Shown here: one piece after another, positions 53,350 to 62,358 of the stretch | Position numbering within the stretch: the first letter of the stretch is position 1 | How the letters are laid out: every line of letters begins with the position of its first letter | Assembly: GCA_021818475.1 (NCBI GenBank) | Contig: JAKADZ010000002.1 | Coordinates: forward strand, 536-64,535 | DNA: 64,000 bases | Reading direction: 5' to 3' | Source: Nanobdellota archaeon | Lineage (GTDB): Archaea; Nanobdellota; Nanobdellia; Pacearchaeales; GW2011-AR1 | Translations under genes and position numbers: made by a program | The notes under the pieces: generated by a model | The model's input: only the letters and a program-made list of their open reading frames with translations | Told to the model about the DNA's origin: nothing | The model's database searches: none

Positions 53350-55053
53350 TTATCCGTACTGCCAGTTTCGTTTTTGGTTCTCAAAATCCTTTTCAACTTC
53401 TTTCAGCGACGTTATTTCAGACAATGGCTTGTCAGGGCGAAGTGCGGTAAATCTCGGAAATCTCAATGCAAAACCTGAAGAATAGGTCGGAGATTTCTGA
53501 ATTTCCTGATATGTAACTGCAACAACAATCTTCGGTTTTATTTTCACTTCTTTCCCTTTCTCCTCGGTAATTAAAGGTTTTATTTTCTCAGTTAATTCCT
53601 CAAAAGAAACACCTTCATCCTTTTTTTCCTTAAACCCGGTTCCCACTTTTCCTATCTCTAAAAATTTATCTCCGCTTCTGCAGGAAAGAATAAAACTTGA
53701 AATCCATCCCGAACGTTTTCCGGTCCCATATTCTCCTCCGGTAATTACCAAATCAAAATCTCTTTCTTCGGGCTTTATTTTAATCATATTGCCGACTCTC
53801 TTTCCGGGATCATAAGGAGCATCAAGATTTTTCATCATTACTCCTTCCTGATTATCTTTCAGCGCCTGTTTGTAAAATGCTTCGGCCTTCTTTTCATCGT
53901 CGGTAATTATTTGTTTGGAGGAAATTATTTTGTAAGGCTGATTTTTTACTATTTCTCTGACAAGTTTGCTTCTCTTCGCAAATGATTCTTCCAATAAAGA
54001 TTTTCCGTTATAAAAAAGGATATCGAAAATATTTAATTCAACAGGAAGTTCGTTCTGAATTTTTTCAATGTCATATTTTCTTTTTATTCGCTGGCTGATG
54101 CTTTGAAAGGGCTTGTATTCTTTTGTCTTGCTGTCAAAACCAACTGCTTCAGAATCAAGAATAAAAGAATCTCCCTTGACATATTTTTTTATATAATCAA
54201 CAACTTCAGGAAATTGTTTTGTTACATTCTCAAGTCTCCTCGTGAACAACGCAACATCATTTCCTTTTTTATGAATTAACAATCTGAATCCGTCATATTT
54301 ATATTCTAAAGCCGCAGGTTTACCGACGATTTCAAATCCTTCTTTTATAGTCTTTGCTTTTTGTGCAAGCATTACTTTAATCGGTTTGCCGATTTCAACT
54401 TTCAGTTTGCTTAACTCTCCAATTTTTCTTTTCTTAACGATATCAAAAACTTCAGCCAAATCATTTGTTTTATTGATTGCATCCTGAATTTTTTCAGCGA
54501 ATTCTTTTCTGCCTTCGAAAAAAGCGTTTAACATCGCATCTCGTATTGTGCTTTCCTTGATTCCTATTCTCAAATCCCCAATTAATGTTCTGACTATGTA
54601 AAGAGATTCCACAGGTGAAGCAGAAGTAAGCAGTTCAGTTATCAGAGAAATTTTTTTGTCGACTGTCCCTTTCCCTTCAAGTTCAGGAAGTTTTCGCATA
54701 TTTTCCAAAACTTTTTCAGTTGTTAATATATGGCTTTGCAAAGTTATCTGTTTTTTATTTTTTGTAAGTTTTTCAGCAACTTTGCCCAAATCTCCGATAG
54801 ATTTCCATTCAGAAACAACTTTATCACTATTGACTCCGGTGGCTTTTGAAATTGCTTTAATCACAAGCTGATTGCTTATTCCAATTTTTTTCTCATTATA
54901 TTCTGGATAAATATCTCCCAGCAGTAAATACAAAACATCACGGTCAGATTCAGAAAGTTCTTTCAAAAATTTAGAAAGAATATCAGTTTTCTCCAGGCGT
55001 TTTGTTGTTGAAGAAAGAGATTCATAAAGTTCTGCTAATTTCAAATACCTCAT
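53350..55053 (-). CDS. lig: ATP-dependent DNA ligase
   Basis: Motif I EYKYDGFR, LDSEAV, MMKNL, and EGVMMK / KIKP motif V-VI context. Confidence 0.9.
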   Translation of the reverse strand: MRYLKLAELYESLSSTTKRLEKTDILSKFLKELSESDRDVLYLLLGDIYPEYNEKKIGISNQLVIKAISKATGVNSDKVVSEWKSIGDLGKVAEKLTKNKKQITLQSHILTTEKVLENMRKLPELEGKGTVDKKISLITELLTSASPVESLYIVRTLIGDLRIGIKESTIRDAMLNAFFEGRKEFAEKIQDAINKTNDLAEVFDIVKKRKIGELSKLKVEIGKPIKVMLAQKAKTIKEGFEIVGKPAALEYKYDGFRLLIHKKGNDVALFTRRLENVTKQFPEVVDYIKKYVKGDSFILDSEAVGFDSKTKEYKPFQSISQRIKRKYDIEKIQNELPVELNIFDILFYNGKSLLEESFAKRSKLVREIVKNQPYKIISSKQIITDDEKKAEAFYKQALKDNQEGVMMKNLDAPYDPGKRVGNMIKIKPEERDFDLVITGGEYGTGKRSGWISSFILSCRSGDKFLEIGKVGTGFKEKKDEGVSFEELTEKIKPLITEEKGKEVKIKPKIVVAVTYQEIQKSPTYSSGFALRFPRFTALRPDKPLSEITSLKEVEKDFENQKRNWQYG

Positions 55054-55104
55054 GCCAAAAATATTCCTCTTATTAATTCTTTTTTAATAAATAAATTTAT
55101 AGAT

Positions 55105-55150
55105 AAAAAAATTTTCCTCTGGGGCAGGCGGGCGGGGACGAAAGGAGGAT
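55105..55150 (+). repeat. short mosaic repeat core (attttcctctGGGGCAGGCGGGCGGGG)
   Basis: Same core; lies between two minus-strand genes. Confidence 0.65.
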
Positions 55151-55211
55151 TTGATATTCCCTCTTGGTAAAGATAATTCATAAAAATAATTAAGAAAAAT
55201 AACTTTTTAAT

Positions 55212-55589
55212 TTATTTGCTTTTCCAAAGTCCGTGAATATTGCAATACCCTCTTGATTTAACCTTTTTATTTTTTAGAGGGAATGAAATTTCAGGAGACT
55301 CACCAGGTTTCAAAAATTTTCTTGATTCTCCTTTTTCAGTGGAGATTTCAATCCATTCAATATGATGTTCTTCGGTCATGGGATGAGGAACAGAGCCAAC
55401 TTTCACATTTACTCCTTCTTTATTTTCTTCAATAACAGGAACATGTTTTTCACTTCCGACGTCTTTATTTTTTTCTTCCATTAATTTCATAGGCTGTCCG
55501 CAGCATACCAAAGTCCCGACTCCGTCGTGGATAACTTCAATTATGTTTCCGCAAACTTCACATTTGTAAATTTCTCTTTTTTTTGTCAT
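55212..55589 (-). CDS. dfx: desulfoferrodoxin (2Fe superoxide reductase)
   Basis: Desulforedoxin CEVCGN...CCG; SOR centre HVP...EEHHIEWIE...CNIHGLW. Confidence 0.85.
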   Translation of the reverse strand: MTKKREIYKCEVCGNIIEVIHDGVGTLVCCGQPMKLMEEKNKDVGSEKHVPVIEENKEGVNVKVGSVPHPMTEEHHIEWIEISTEKGESRKFLKPGESPEISFPLKNKKVKSRGYCNIHGLWKSK

Positions 55590-56167
55590 TAGTATGTCTC
55601 CTCAAATAATTCATAATAAGCCTGAGGATGCTTGCATGCAGGGCAACTCTTGGGAGCTTCTTTTCCCTCGTGAATATATCCGCAGTTTCTGCACTTCCAT
55701 CTTACAATCTTTTCTCTCTTAAAAACTTTTCCTGATTTAAGATTCTCCAATAATTTTCTGTATCTCTTCTCATGTTTCTCCTCAACTTCTGCAATTTCTC
55801 TGAAAGAATCTGCAATTTCCTTAAATCCTTCCTGTCTCGCAATTTTTTCAAATTCAGGATAAAGTTTTCCCCACTCTAATTTTTCCCCCTCGGCAGCTGC
55901 AAAAAGATTTTCTTTTGTTGTTCCTATTTTTCCTGCAGGATATTCGGCAGTAATCCCCAAAAGCTCGCCGCCTAATTTTTCTAAGTATTCAAAAAAAATC
56001 TGTGCATGCTCTTTTTCATTATCAGCAGTTTCCTGGAATATTCCTGAAATTTGTTCAAAACCTTCTTTCTTGGCAACAGAAGCAAAATAGGTATAACGAT
56101 TTCTCGCCTGACTTTCGCCGGCAAATGCCTTCAATAAATTTTTAGCAGTTTCACTCCCCTTTAGCAT
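55589..56167 (-). CDS. rbr: rubrerythrin
   Basis: FAGESQARNRY, EKEHA, C-terminal rubredoxin WKCRNCG...CPACKHP. Start trimmed to MLKGSETAKNL; the ORF track extends to 56254. Confidence 0.85.
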   Translation of the reverse strand: MLKGSETAKNLLKAFAGESQARNRYTYFASVAKKEGFEQISGIFQETADNEKEHAQIFFEYLEKLGGELLGITAEYPAGKIGTTKENLFAAAEGEKLEWGKLYPEFEKIARQEGFKEIADSFREIAEVEEKHEKRYRKLLENLKSGKVFKREKIVRWKCRNCGYIHEGKEAPKSCPACKHPQAYYELFEETY

Positions 56168-56242
56168 AATATATAATAAAAAAACAAGTTTAAATAATTT
56201 TAGATGAGGTAAATTTAAATAATCAGATTTTATCAAAAAACC

Positions 56243-56638
56243 ATGAATAAACACAAATTAACCCCCGAAAGTAATGCAATGAGAAAATTTAATTCTCATT
56301 ATGTTAGTGAAGTCCAGACGCCCATTGGGCACATTCTTTCAGTGATTGTAGAAGAATTAAAAGTTGAAAAACCAAACTTAAAAAAAATAGTTGATGAGAT
56401 AAATAACTATATTTTTCAGAGTGGGAATGGTCATGCAAAAATTAGATCTATCAATGATAAAATATGTGAAGGAGACAAAGTTCACTGGGGAATCGGCCAT
56501 TATTTAACTGGCCTTAATTTAGAGTATGAAGAAGAAACTAGAATTCAAGAAAGAGTGCAGGAAGAACTAAGAGGAATAATCCCTGAAGACAGAATATTCG
56601 AAAAAGATGGAACTTTTGCAAGGTATCATTCAAATTAA
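56243..56638 (+). CDS. hypothetical protein (131 aa)
   Basis: Clean ORF. Confidence 0.4.
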   Translation: MNKHKLTPESNAMRKFNSHYVSEVQTPIGHILSVIVEELKVEKPNLKKIVDEINNYIFQSGNGHAKIRSINDKICEGDKVHWGIGHYLTGLNLEYEEETRIQERVQEELRGIIPEDRIFEKDGTFARYHSN

Positions 56639-56829
56639 TCGTAACCATTCTTTATATCTTCGTCTTCTTCATAGGCCCCATTAGTTTCCTGAATATTCTC
56701 CAAATAAGTAGGATAAACTTCTCTTCTCAAAAATTGGATAATTGATTTATTATTGGTCTCTAAGCCTTTCTTCAATATTCGTTCCAACTTGCTTACTTCC
56801 ATCAATGCCAATTCCGAGGAAAAACTCAT
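56635..56829 (-). CDS. hypothetical protein (64 aa)
   Basis: Short ORF, co-directional with the next genes. Confidence 0.35.
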   Translation of the reverse strand: MSFSSELALMEVSKLERILKKGLETNNKSIIQFLRREVYPTYLENIQETNGAYEEDEDIKNGYD

Positions 56830-56875
56830 ATAAAATAGAAGAGAATAGAAAATATAAAGTTATGTTATACTCTAA

Positions 56876-57160
56876 TTATCTCGCTAAAATTTCATCAATC
56901 TCTTTTTGATTAAGAATATCATATTTCCCATCCCAGCCTTTTATTTCTCCCTCGCCAGATTCATTATTTCCTATTGCAAGAATATAGGATTTTTTTATTA
57001 ATTTTGCCAAACTTTTTAACCCATAAAGAAAATGAACTAAAACTTCATCTTTGTAAACTTCGGTTATGTTATCAATAACTATTTCATTCGGCTCTCCGCC
57101 ATTATAATTAAATCCAAATGCGATGTAATCTCCTTTTGTTAAAGAATCAACTGTTCTCAT
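56876..57160 (-). CDS. hypothetical protein (94 aa)
   Basis: Its start overlaps the rpl15e stop by 1 nt. Confidence 0.4.
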   Translation of the reverse strand: MRTVDSLTKGDYIAFGFNYNGGEPNEIVIDNITEVYKDEVLVHFLYGLKSLAKLIKKSYILAIGNNESGEGEIKGWDGKYDILNQKEIDEILAR

Positions 57161-57675
57161 TAACTTCTTAATCCTCTTGATTTCTTCGCAGCAGAAGTCA
57201 ATCCTCTCAATGCTCTTTTTTTATTTTCAGGTCTGCAAACCCAATTAACAGTCTTGTCGTTTTGAATCTCTGGTCTTTGAGGGTCAACAAGAATAACTTC
57301 ATAAAAATAATTTATTCCGTCTTTTCCGATTTGATAAGAGTTTAAAACTTCAAGATTTGTAAATTTCTTTGCGGCTCTTTGTTCTGCAATCCATTTGTAA
57401 TTCATCTTCAAATTTTTGTTAGTATGCATTCTTACGCTTCTTCTTCCAGCATTGGGTCTTGGTCTTTTGTGCCCCCCTCTCTTTATTCTTACTCTAACTA
57501 CAATAAATCCTGTTTTATCTTTATATCCAAGTGCCCTGGCCCTGTCTAATCTCAAAGGTTTTTCAACTTTAGTAAAAACTTCTCCATGTCTCCATTCAAT
57601 CATTCTTTTCCTAAGAGTTTCTACATCTGGTTTTTTCCAGGCTTCTCTTATAAAGTGATATAACCCATTAGCCAT
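57160..57675 (-). CDS. rpl15e: ribosomal protein L15e
   Basis: YHFIREAWKKP...MIEWRHGEVFTKVEKPLRLDRARALGYK. Confidence 0.9.
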   Translation of the reverse strand: MANGLYHFIREAWKKPDVETLRKRMIEWRHGEVFTKVEKPLRLDRARALGYKDKTGFIVVRVRIKRGGHKRPRPNAGRRSVRMHTNKNLKMNYKWIAEQRAAKKFTNLEVLNSYQIGKDGINYFYEVILVDPQRPEIQNDKTVNWVCRPENKKRALRGLTSAAKKSRGLRS

Positions 57676-57715
57676 GATTTATTTAGAAAAAGTCTATTTT
57701 TAAAGGTTGGGGTTA

Positions 57716-58093
57716 TCAATAATGGGGGTTATGGAAAAAACCAGCATGAGGTGGAACTTTTCTGTATTTCTTTTTTATCAGGAATCTCCAGATTATACTT
57801 ACTAAAGAACCTACGCCAATAACAGTAAGCATTATAGTCACCTGATTAATCTGATTAAGACGGTCAAAGGACAATAGAATTGCAAGAATAACTAAGAAAA
57901 TATACCAGAAAACAGTAAGGAAATACCAGTCAAGAATCTCGATAAGTTCAAATTTCCATTTCTTCTGTTTATGTCTATAAAGCCAGTTTTGAACATAAAA
58001 ATGAATTGGGTCCATCGGAGTAGGAAGGAAAGAACCCATAATTGCTCCGAGTAAATATTTCCATACATCACCTGCAAAAAAAGCATTAACCAT
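57716..58093 (-). CDS. membrane protein (125 aa)
   Basis: Three or four hydrophobic helices. Confidence 0.45.
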   Translation of the reverse strand: MVNAFFAGDVWKYLLGAIMGSFLPTPMDPIHFYVQNWLYRHKQKKWKFELIEILDWYFLTVFWYIFLVILAILLSFDRLNQINQVTIMLTVIGVGSLVSIIWRFLIKKKYRKVPPHAGFFHNPHY

Positions 58094-58157
58094 GAATTAA
58101 AATAAAGATGATAACTTTTAAATAACTTCCTTTCATCAATTTTTGATAAGCAATGAG

Positions 58158-58275
58158 GAGGCTGTAGCTCAGCCAGGTTAGAGCACTGCTCTGATAGACT
58201 CAAACAAGTTTGGTTTGCCGAGTTCGTTTGACTTCAGCAAGGCAGGGGTCCACAGTTCAAATCTGTGCAGCCTCA
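58158..58275 (+). tRNA. tRNA-Ile(GAU) with 43-nt intron at 37/38
   Basis: GAGGCTG/CAGCCTC acceptor, anticodon stem CTGCT/GGCAG, loop CTGATAA, T arm CACAG-TTCAAAT-CTGTG; intron 58197-58239. Confidence 0.75.
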
Positions 58276-58284
58276 TCTTCCAAT

Positions 58285-58610
58285 CGAAGATTGGATTTAT
58301 TTCTAGATTTGAACAGCGATCTCGCGAGTGTCGGAAATTTAGTTTTCTTTTACACGTTAGTTTTTCTTTCTGCATTTCTGTGCAGAATGGGCGGGATTCC
58401 ACTCGCACTTTTTCTAAAAGAAAAACCACACAACAAGAGAGGTCGGGAGGCGTCGTTCATTTATCACCTCTTTTTTAAAATGCACTACAAACATAACACC
58501 CCCTAAATTTTTCTCCAATAATTAATTTCCAGCGAAGTGCCTTAACAAAGTTGGCGCGGAGCAATCAATCAAAAAAATTCATAGAATTTTTTTGCAAATT
58601 TTTTAAAAAA
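58285..58610 (+). repeat. mosaic repeat region (gcgatctcgcgagtgtcggaaattta, aatgggcggg, gcggagcaatcaatc, A/T hairpin 58570-58594)
   Basis: Same modules as the other spacers; all ORFs across it are judged spurious. Confidence 0.7.
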
Positions 58611-58719
58611 TTATTAGGCTTAACCCTCTCTCAAGGGAGATGTTGATAAGAAGACCGATTATTGTTATTAGGCTTAACCCTCTCTCAAAGGAAAGTTTGA
58701 TAAAGAAAACGATTAGTTG
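58611..58719. repeat. two tandem copies of a 54-55-nt unit ending 3 nt from the uppS stop
   Basis: ttattaggcttaaccctctctcaaRgga...gataaRaaRaMcgatta, twice; related to 27674-27824. Confidence 0.9.
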
Positions 58720-58722
58720 TCT

Positions 58723-59385
58723 TTATTTACCAAATCTTCTTTCTCTATTTTCAAACTCTTCAATTGCATTTTTCAAATCTTCTTTTGTAAACTCAGGCCA
58801 CATTTTATCAAAGAAAATCCATTCACTATAAACAGATTGCCATGGAAGGAAATTGCTTGTCCTTCTCTCTCCGCCAGTCCTTATTATTAAGTCAACATCA
58901 TCTTCAAGCCATAAACTTTTTTTGAAATTCTCCTCGTTAATTTGTTTTCTTTCTCTTAAAAGTTTTTTAACTGCAGCAAGAATTTCCTGTCTTCCCCCAT
59001 ATGCAACTGCAAAATTTATCTGGTAATTATCATAATCTTTTGTTTTTTCTTCGAGCTCTTTCATTATTTCCTGAAGTTTTTTATTCAGCAATTTTCTTTC
59101 GCCTATAAATTTTATTTTTATTTTATTTTCTTTTATTCTCCTATCTTTTCCAAGTCTTGAAAATTCTTTCTCAAATAATTTCATAAGAAAATTAACTTCT
59201 TCCTTTGAACGTTTGAAATTTTCAACTGAAAAGGCATAAAGGGTAATCTCTTTTATATCAAGCTCCTTGCACCAATTAAGAAGAGCCTCAACATTTTTTG
59301 CGCCTTCTTCATGCCCTTTCCATGGCTGTTGTTTATTTTTCTTTGCAAACCTTCTGTTTCCGTCGAGAATTATTCCTATATGCAT
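58723..59385 (-). CDS. uppS: cis-prenyltransferase (undecaprenyl-diphosphate synthase family)
   Basis: HIGIILDGNRRFA, TLYAFSVENFKR, IRTGGERRTSNFLPWQ. Confidence 0.85.
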   Translation of the reverse strand: MHIGIILDGNRRFAKKNKQQPWKGHEEGAKNVEALLNWCKELDIKEITLYAFSVENFKRSKEEVNFLMKLFEKEFSRLGKDRRIKENKIKIKFIGERKLLNKKLQEIMKELEEKTKDYDNYQINFAVAYGGRQEILAAVKKLLRERKQINEENFKKSLWLEDDVDLIIRTGGERRTSNFLPWQSVYSEWIFFDKMWPEFTKEDLKNAIEEFENRERRFGK

Positions 59386-59433
59386 TTAAAATAAAACCTC
59401 CATTTTTTTAAAAGTTTAGAGGCAGAATTCATT

Positions 59434-60102
59434 TTAATTTTTGATACCTAATTCGAGAACTAATTTTCCGTCAGAAAGACCATAATTTTTTATTGGGAGA
59501 TTTATCGGGATAACCTTAGTATAAGCTTTCTCTTTCCCTATTGCTTTTATCTCTATGCTGCTTTCAAGTTTAGTGATAGAAATATCTTCAATGGATTTAA
59601 CACCGGGCATTTCAATTTCATAAACTAATTTATTTGACAGCCGTCTTATGCTTGTCTTTGGTTCCTCTCTTTTCAGTTCTGAAAATTTTTTAATTTTCTC
59701 TTTGGTAAATGCTTTTTTCGCTGCTTTTTCAGACTCTTTTTCAGGTTTTATATTAGAATTTCCCATCGGTGCGACTTTTATTTTAGGGGCGCCATTTCCA
59801 AAAGTAGAAATGCTTATGCTTATTCCGTCACGTTTTACTTTTTTCTCCTTTCCCTGTGAAAGCTCTTGTTTCATCTGGTCTTCAAATTCTTTGCTGAGAT
59901 TTTTTACAAGGGAATTAAAGAGAGCATTAAATCCAAAAGGGAGTTTCATCTCATTTGCCAAGGGTATAAAATCATTTTTACCTAACATGCCAAAATCCGC
60001 TTCATTTTCAGAATCTTTTCTGTCTCCGCAATACGGGCAAAAGCTATATTTTTCATCGATTTTATTTCCGCATTTTTCGCATTTTTTCTTTTTGATAAAC
60101 AT
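59434..60102 (-). CDS. zinc-ribbon plus Hsp20/alpha-crystallin-like protein
   Basis: N-terminal CEKCG...CPYCG; C-terminal YEIEMPGVKSIEDISI...DGKLVLEL beta-sandwich pattern. Confidence 0.5.
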   Translation of the reverse strand: MFIKKKKCEKCGNKIDEKYSFCPYCGDRKDSENEADFGMLGKNDFIPLANEMKLPFGFNALFNSLVKNLSKEFEDQMKQELSQGKEKKVKRDGISISISTFGNGAPKIKVAPMGNSNIKPEKESEKAAKKAFTKEKIKKFSELKREEPKTSIRRLSNKLVYEIEMPGVKSIEDISITKLESSIEIKAIGKEKAYTKVIPINLPIKNYGLSDGKLVLELGIKN

Positions 60103-60176
60103 TTTAAATTGTATAAAACCCTAATAAATTAAGATTAAATCCATTTAAATAATTTTGGTAGGGAATATCCATAAAA

Positions 60177-60247
60177 TGCGCGATCCGGGAATTGAACCCG
60201 GCCCACAAGATTGGGAATCTTATATTCTGCCGATAAACTAACCGCGC
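60177..60247 (-). tRNA. tRNA-Gly(CCC), no intron
   Basis: GCGCGGT/ATCGCGC acceptor, anticodon arm TAAGA-TTCCCAA-TCTTG, T arm CCGGG-TTCAATT-CCCGG. Confidence 0.85.
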
Positions 60248-60248
60248 A

Positions 60249-60289
60249 TGCGACGACACTAAGAACCAAAGGTTCCTAATACCTCCGAT
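60249..60289 (-). repeat. 41-nt junction element (reverse complement of 21979-22019) ending 1 nt from tRNA-Gly +1
   Basis: 40/41 identity with the copy abutting the rfcL ATG. Confidence 0.85.
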
Positions 60290-60386
60290 TTATTTTCGCT
60301 CGAATTTCCCTTTAAATTAGGATCAAGCCTGATTTTAAAAATATCTATTTATAAAAATATAAAAACTTTATTGGGGTGGTATTCTA

Positions 60387-61979
60387 ATGAAAAAATTTTA
60401 CATCACGACACCAATTTATTATCCCAATGATATCCCCCATATAGGACATGCATATACAACTGTAGCTGCAGATGTGATTGCAAGATGGCATAAATTATCC
60501 GGGGAAAAAGTAAGATTTCTCACTGGGACAGATGAACATGGAAAAAAAATTCAGGATACAGCAGAAAAGAAAGGAAAAACTCCAAAAGAGTTCGTGGATG
60601 AATTAATCCCAAAATTTAAAGATGCCTGGAAAAAATTAGGAATAAATTATGACCGGTTTATAAGAACGACAGATAAAGATCATGAAAAAGTAGTGCAGGA
60701 AATTTTACAGAAAGTTTATGATAAAAAAGAGATTTACCTCGGAGAGTATGAAGGTTATTATTGCACCGGATGTGAAGCATATTACACTGAAAAAGACTTA
60801 GAAGAGGGATGCTGCCCGATACATAAAACAAAAATCGAAAAATTAAAAGAACCTAGTTATTTTTTCAGATTAAGTAAATACCAAAAAAAACTTCTTGAAT
60901 TTTATAAAAAAAATCCTGATTTTATTTCTCCAGATTTCAGGAAGAAAGAAATAATAAACAGGGTAAAAGAAGGTTTGGAAGATTTAAGCATTTCAAGAAC
61001 AAGTTTTGATTGGGGAATTCAGCTTCCATTCGACAAGAAACATGTTTGTTATGTCTGGTTTGATGCATTGTTAAATTATTATTCCGGGGCAGATGGATTC
61101 TGGCCTGCCGATGTTCATCTTGTCGGAAAAGATATTTTGTGGTTCCATTCTGTAATCTGGCCTGCGATGCTATTGTCTGCAGAAATTGAACTTCCAAAGA
61201 AAGTTTTCGCACATGGCTGGTGGACTTTCAACAACGAAAAAATTTCAAAATCACGGGGGAAAGTAATAAACGTCGACGAATTAATTTCAATAGCCGGAGT
61301 TGATGCAGTGAGATATTTTTTATTCAGGGAAACTCCTTTCGGGGAAGACGGGGATTTTTCAGAGAAAGCATTAATTGAAAGATACAATAATGAACTTGCA
61401 GACAAATTAGGAAATTTAGTTTCAAGAGTTGCAGCCCTTATAGAAAAATATGGTTTGGAAAAAACAGAATTAAAAAAATTACCTAATGAGATTATTACGG
61501 ATTTAAAAAAAGAAAAAGGTTTTTTGACAAGAGGTATAATAATTAATACCAAAGCGATTGATATCTCTGAAAAAATATATAATTGGGGAATTATTTACCC
61601 TCATACCAATAAAAAAGATTATCATCCCAATAGTCTAAATGAATTACTTAATGCTTTACTAATAGAGATTGAAAAAAATTTCAATGAATTGAAAATAGAT
61701 AAGGCACTGAATGAAATTTTTTCTTTTATTGATTCCTGCAATGAATATATTCAGGCAAAAAAACCGTGGGAAACTCATGATAAAAAAGTTCTTTATGAAC
61801 TTGCAGATTCCATAAAAGCAATCGCAATTTTAATTTCCCCGTTCATTCCCGAATCAGCTGAAAAAATTGCAAAGCAATTTGGATTTGAGATAAAATATGA
61901 AAATATAAATAAGCCCTTAAATGACAAAGTAAAAATTAAAAAAGAAGAAGTTCTATTCAAAAAAATAGAAGTTAAATAA
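60387..61979 (+). CDS. metG: methionyl-tRNA synthetase (catalytic plus anticodon-binding core)
   Basis: HIGH-type PHIGHAY, KISKS (KMSKS), CxxC knuckle CTGCEAYY...CCPIH. Confidence 0.9.
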   Translation: MKKFYITTPIYYPNDIPHIGHAYTTVAADVIARWHKLSGEKVRFLTGTDEHGKKIQDTAEKKGKTPKEFVDELIPKFKDAWKKLGINYDRFIRTTDKDHEKVVQEILQKVYDKKEIYLGEYEGYYCTGCEAYYTEKDLEEGCCPIHKTKIEKLKEPSYFFRLSKYQKKLLEFYKKNPDFISPDFRKKEIINRVKEGLEDLSISRTSFDWGIQLPFDKKHVCYVWFDALLNYYSGADGFWPADVHLVGKDILWFHSVIWPAMLLSAEIELPKKVFAHGWWTFNNEKISKSRGKVINVDELISIAGVDAVRYFLFRETPFGEDGDFSEKALIERYNNELADKLGNLVSRVAALIEKYGLEKTELKKLPNEIITDLKKEKGFLTRGIIINTKAIDISEKIYNWGIIYPHTNKKDYHPNSLNELLNALLIEIEKNFNELKIDKALNEIFSFIDSCNEYIQAKKPWETHDKKVLYELADSIKAIAILISPFIPESAEKIAKQFGFEIKYENINKPLNDKVKIKKEEVLFKKIEVK

Positions 61980-61980
61980 A

Positions 61981-62328
61981 ATGGAAGGAATACAAAACAT
62001 TGCGGAATTTTCAGACTGGGAAAAAATTGATTTGCGGGTTGCAGAAATTATTAATGTTGAAGAAATTGAAAATGCAGACAAATTATGGAAATTAAAAATT
62101 GACGTCGGGGAATTGGGCGGGAGAACAATCTGCGCGGGAATAAAAGCATTTTATACAAAAAAAGAATTGATGAATAAAAAAATAATTTATTTCTCAAATT
62201 TGAAACCCAGGAAATTAAAAGGAGTTGAAAGCCAAGGTATGCTTTTAGCCGCATCAAATGAAGACCATTCAAAAGTTGTTTTAATTGCTCCCGAAAAAGA
62301 AATTGAAAATGGGTCTAAGATTGGATAA
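61981..62328 (+). CDS. free-standing tRNA-binding domain (Trbp111/MetRS C-terminal-like)
   Basis: IDLRVAEIINVEEIENADKLWKLKIDVG...LKPRKLKGVESQGMLLAAS. Confidence 0.8.
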   Translation: MEGIQNIAEFSDWEKIDLRVAEIINVEEIENADKLWKLKIDVGELGGRTICAGIKAFYTKKELMNKKIIYFSNLKPRKLKGVESQGMLLAASNEDHSKVVLIAPEKEIENGSKIG

Positions 62329-62358
62329 AATTTTAAACCCACAAAGATTATTAAAATT

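Noticed and set aside
20561-55053. A possible replication origin, suggested by the density of replication genes and G-rich repeats resembling the G-string of origin recognition boxes
   Set aside because: There is no orc1/cdc6 gene in the window. The repeats are spread over the entire 64 kb rather than clustered around an AT-rich unwinding region, and they do not contain the ORB dyad I would expect.
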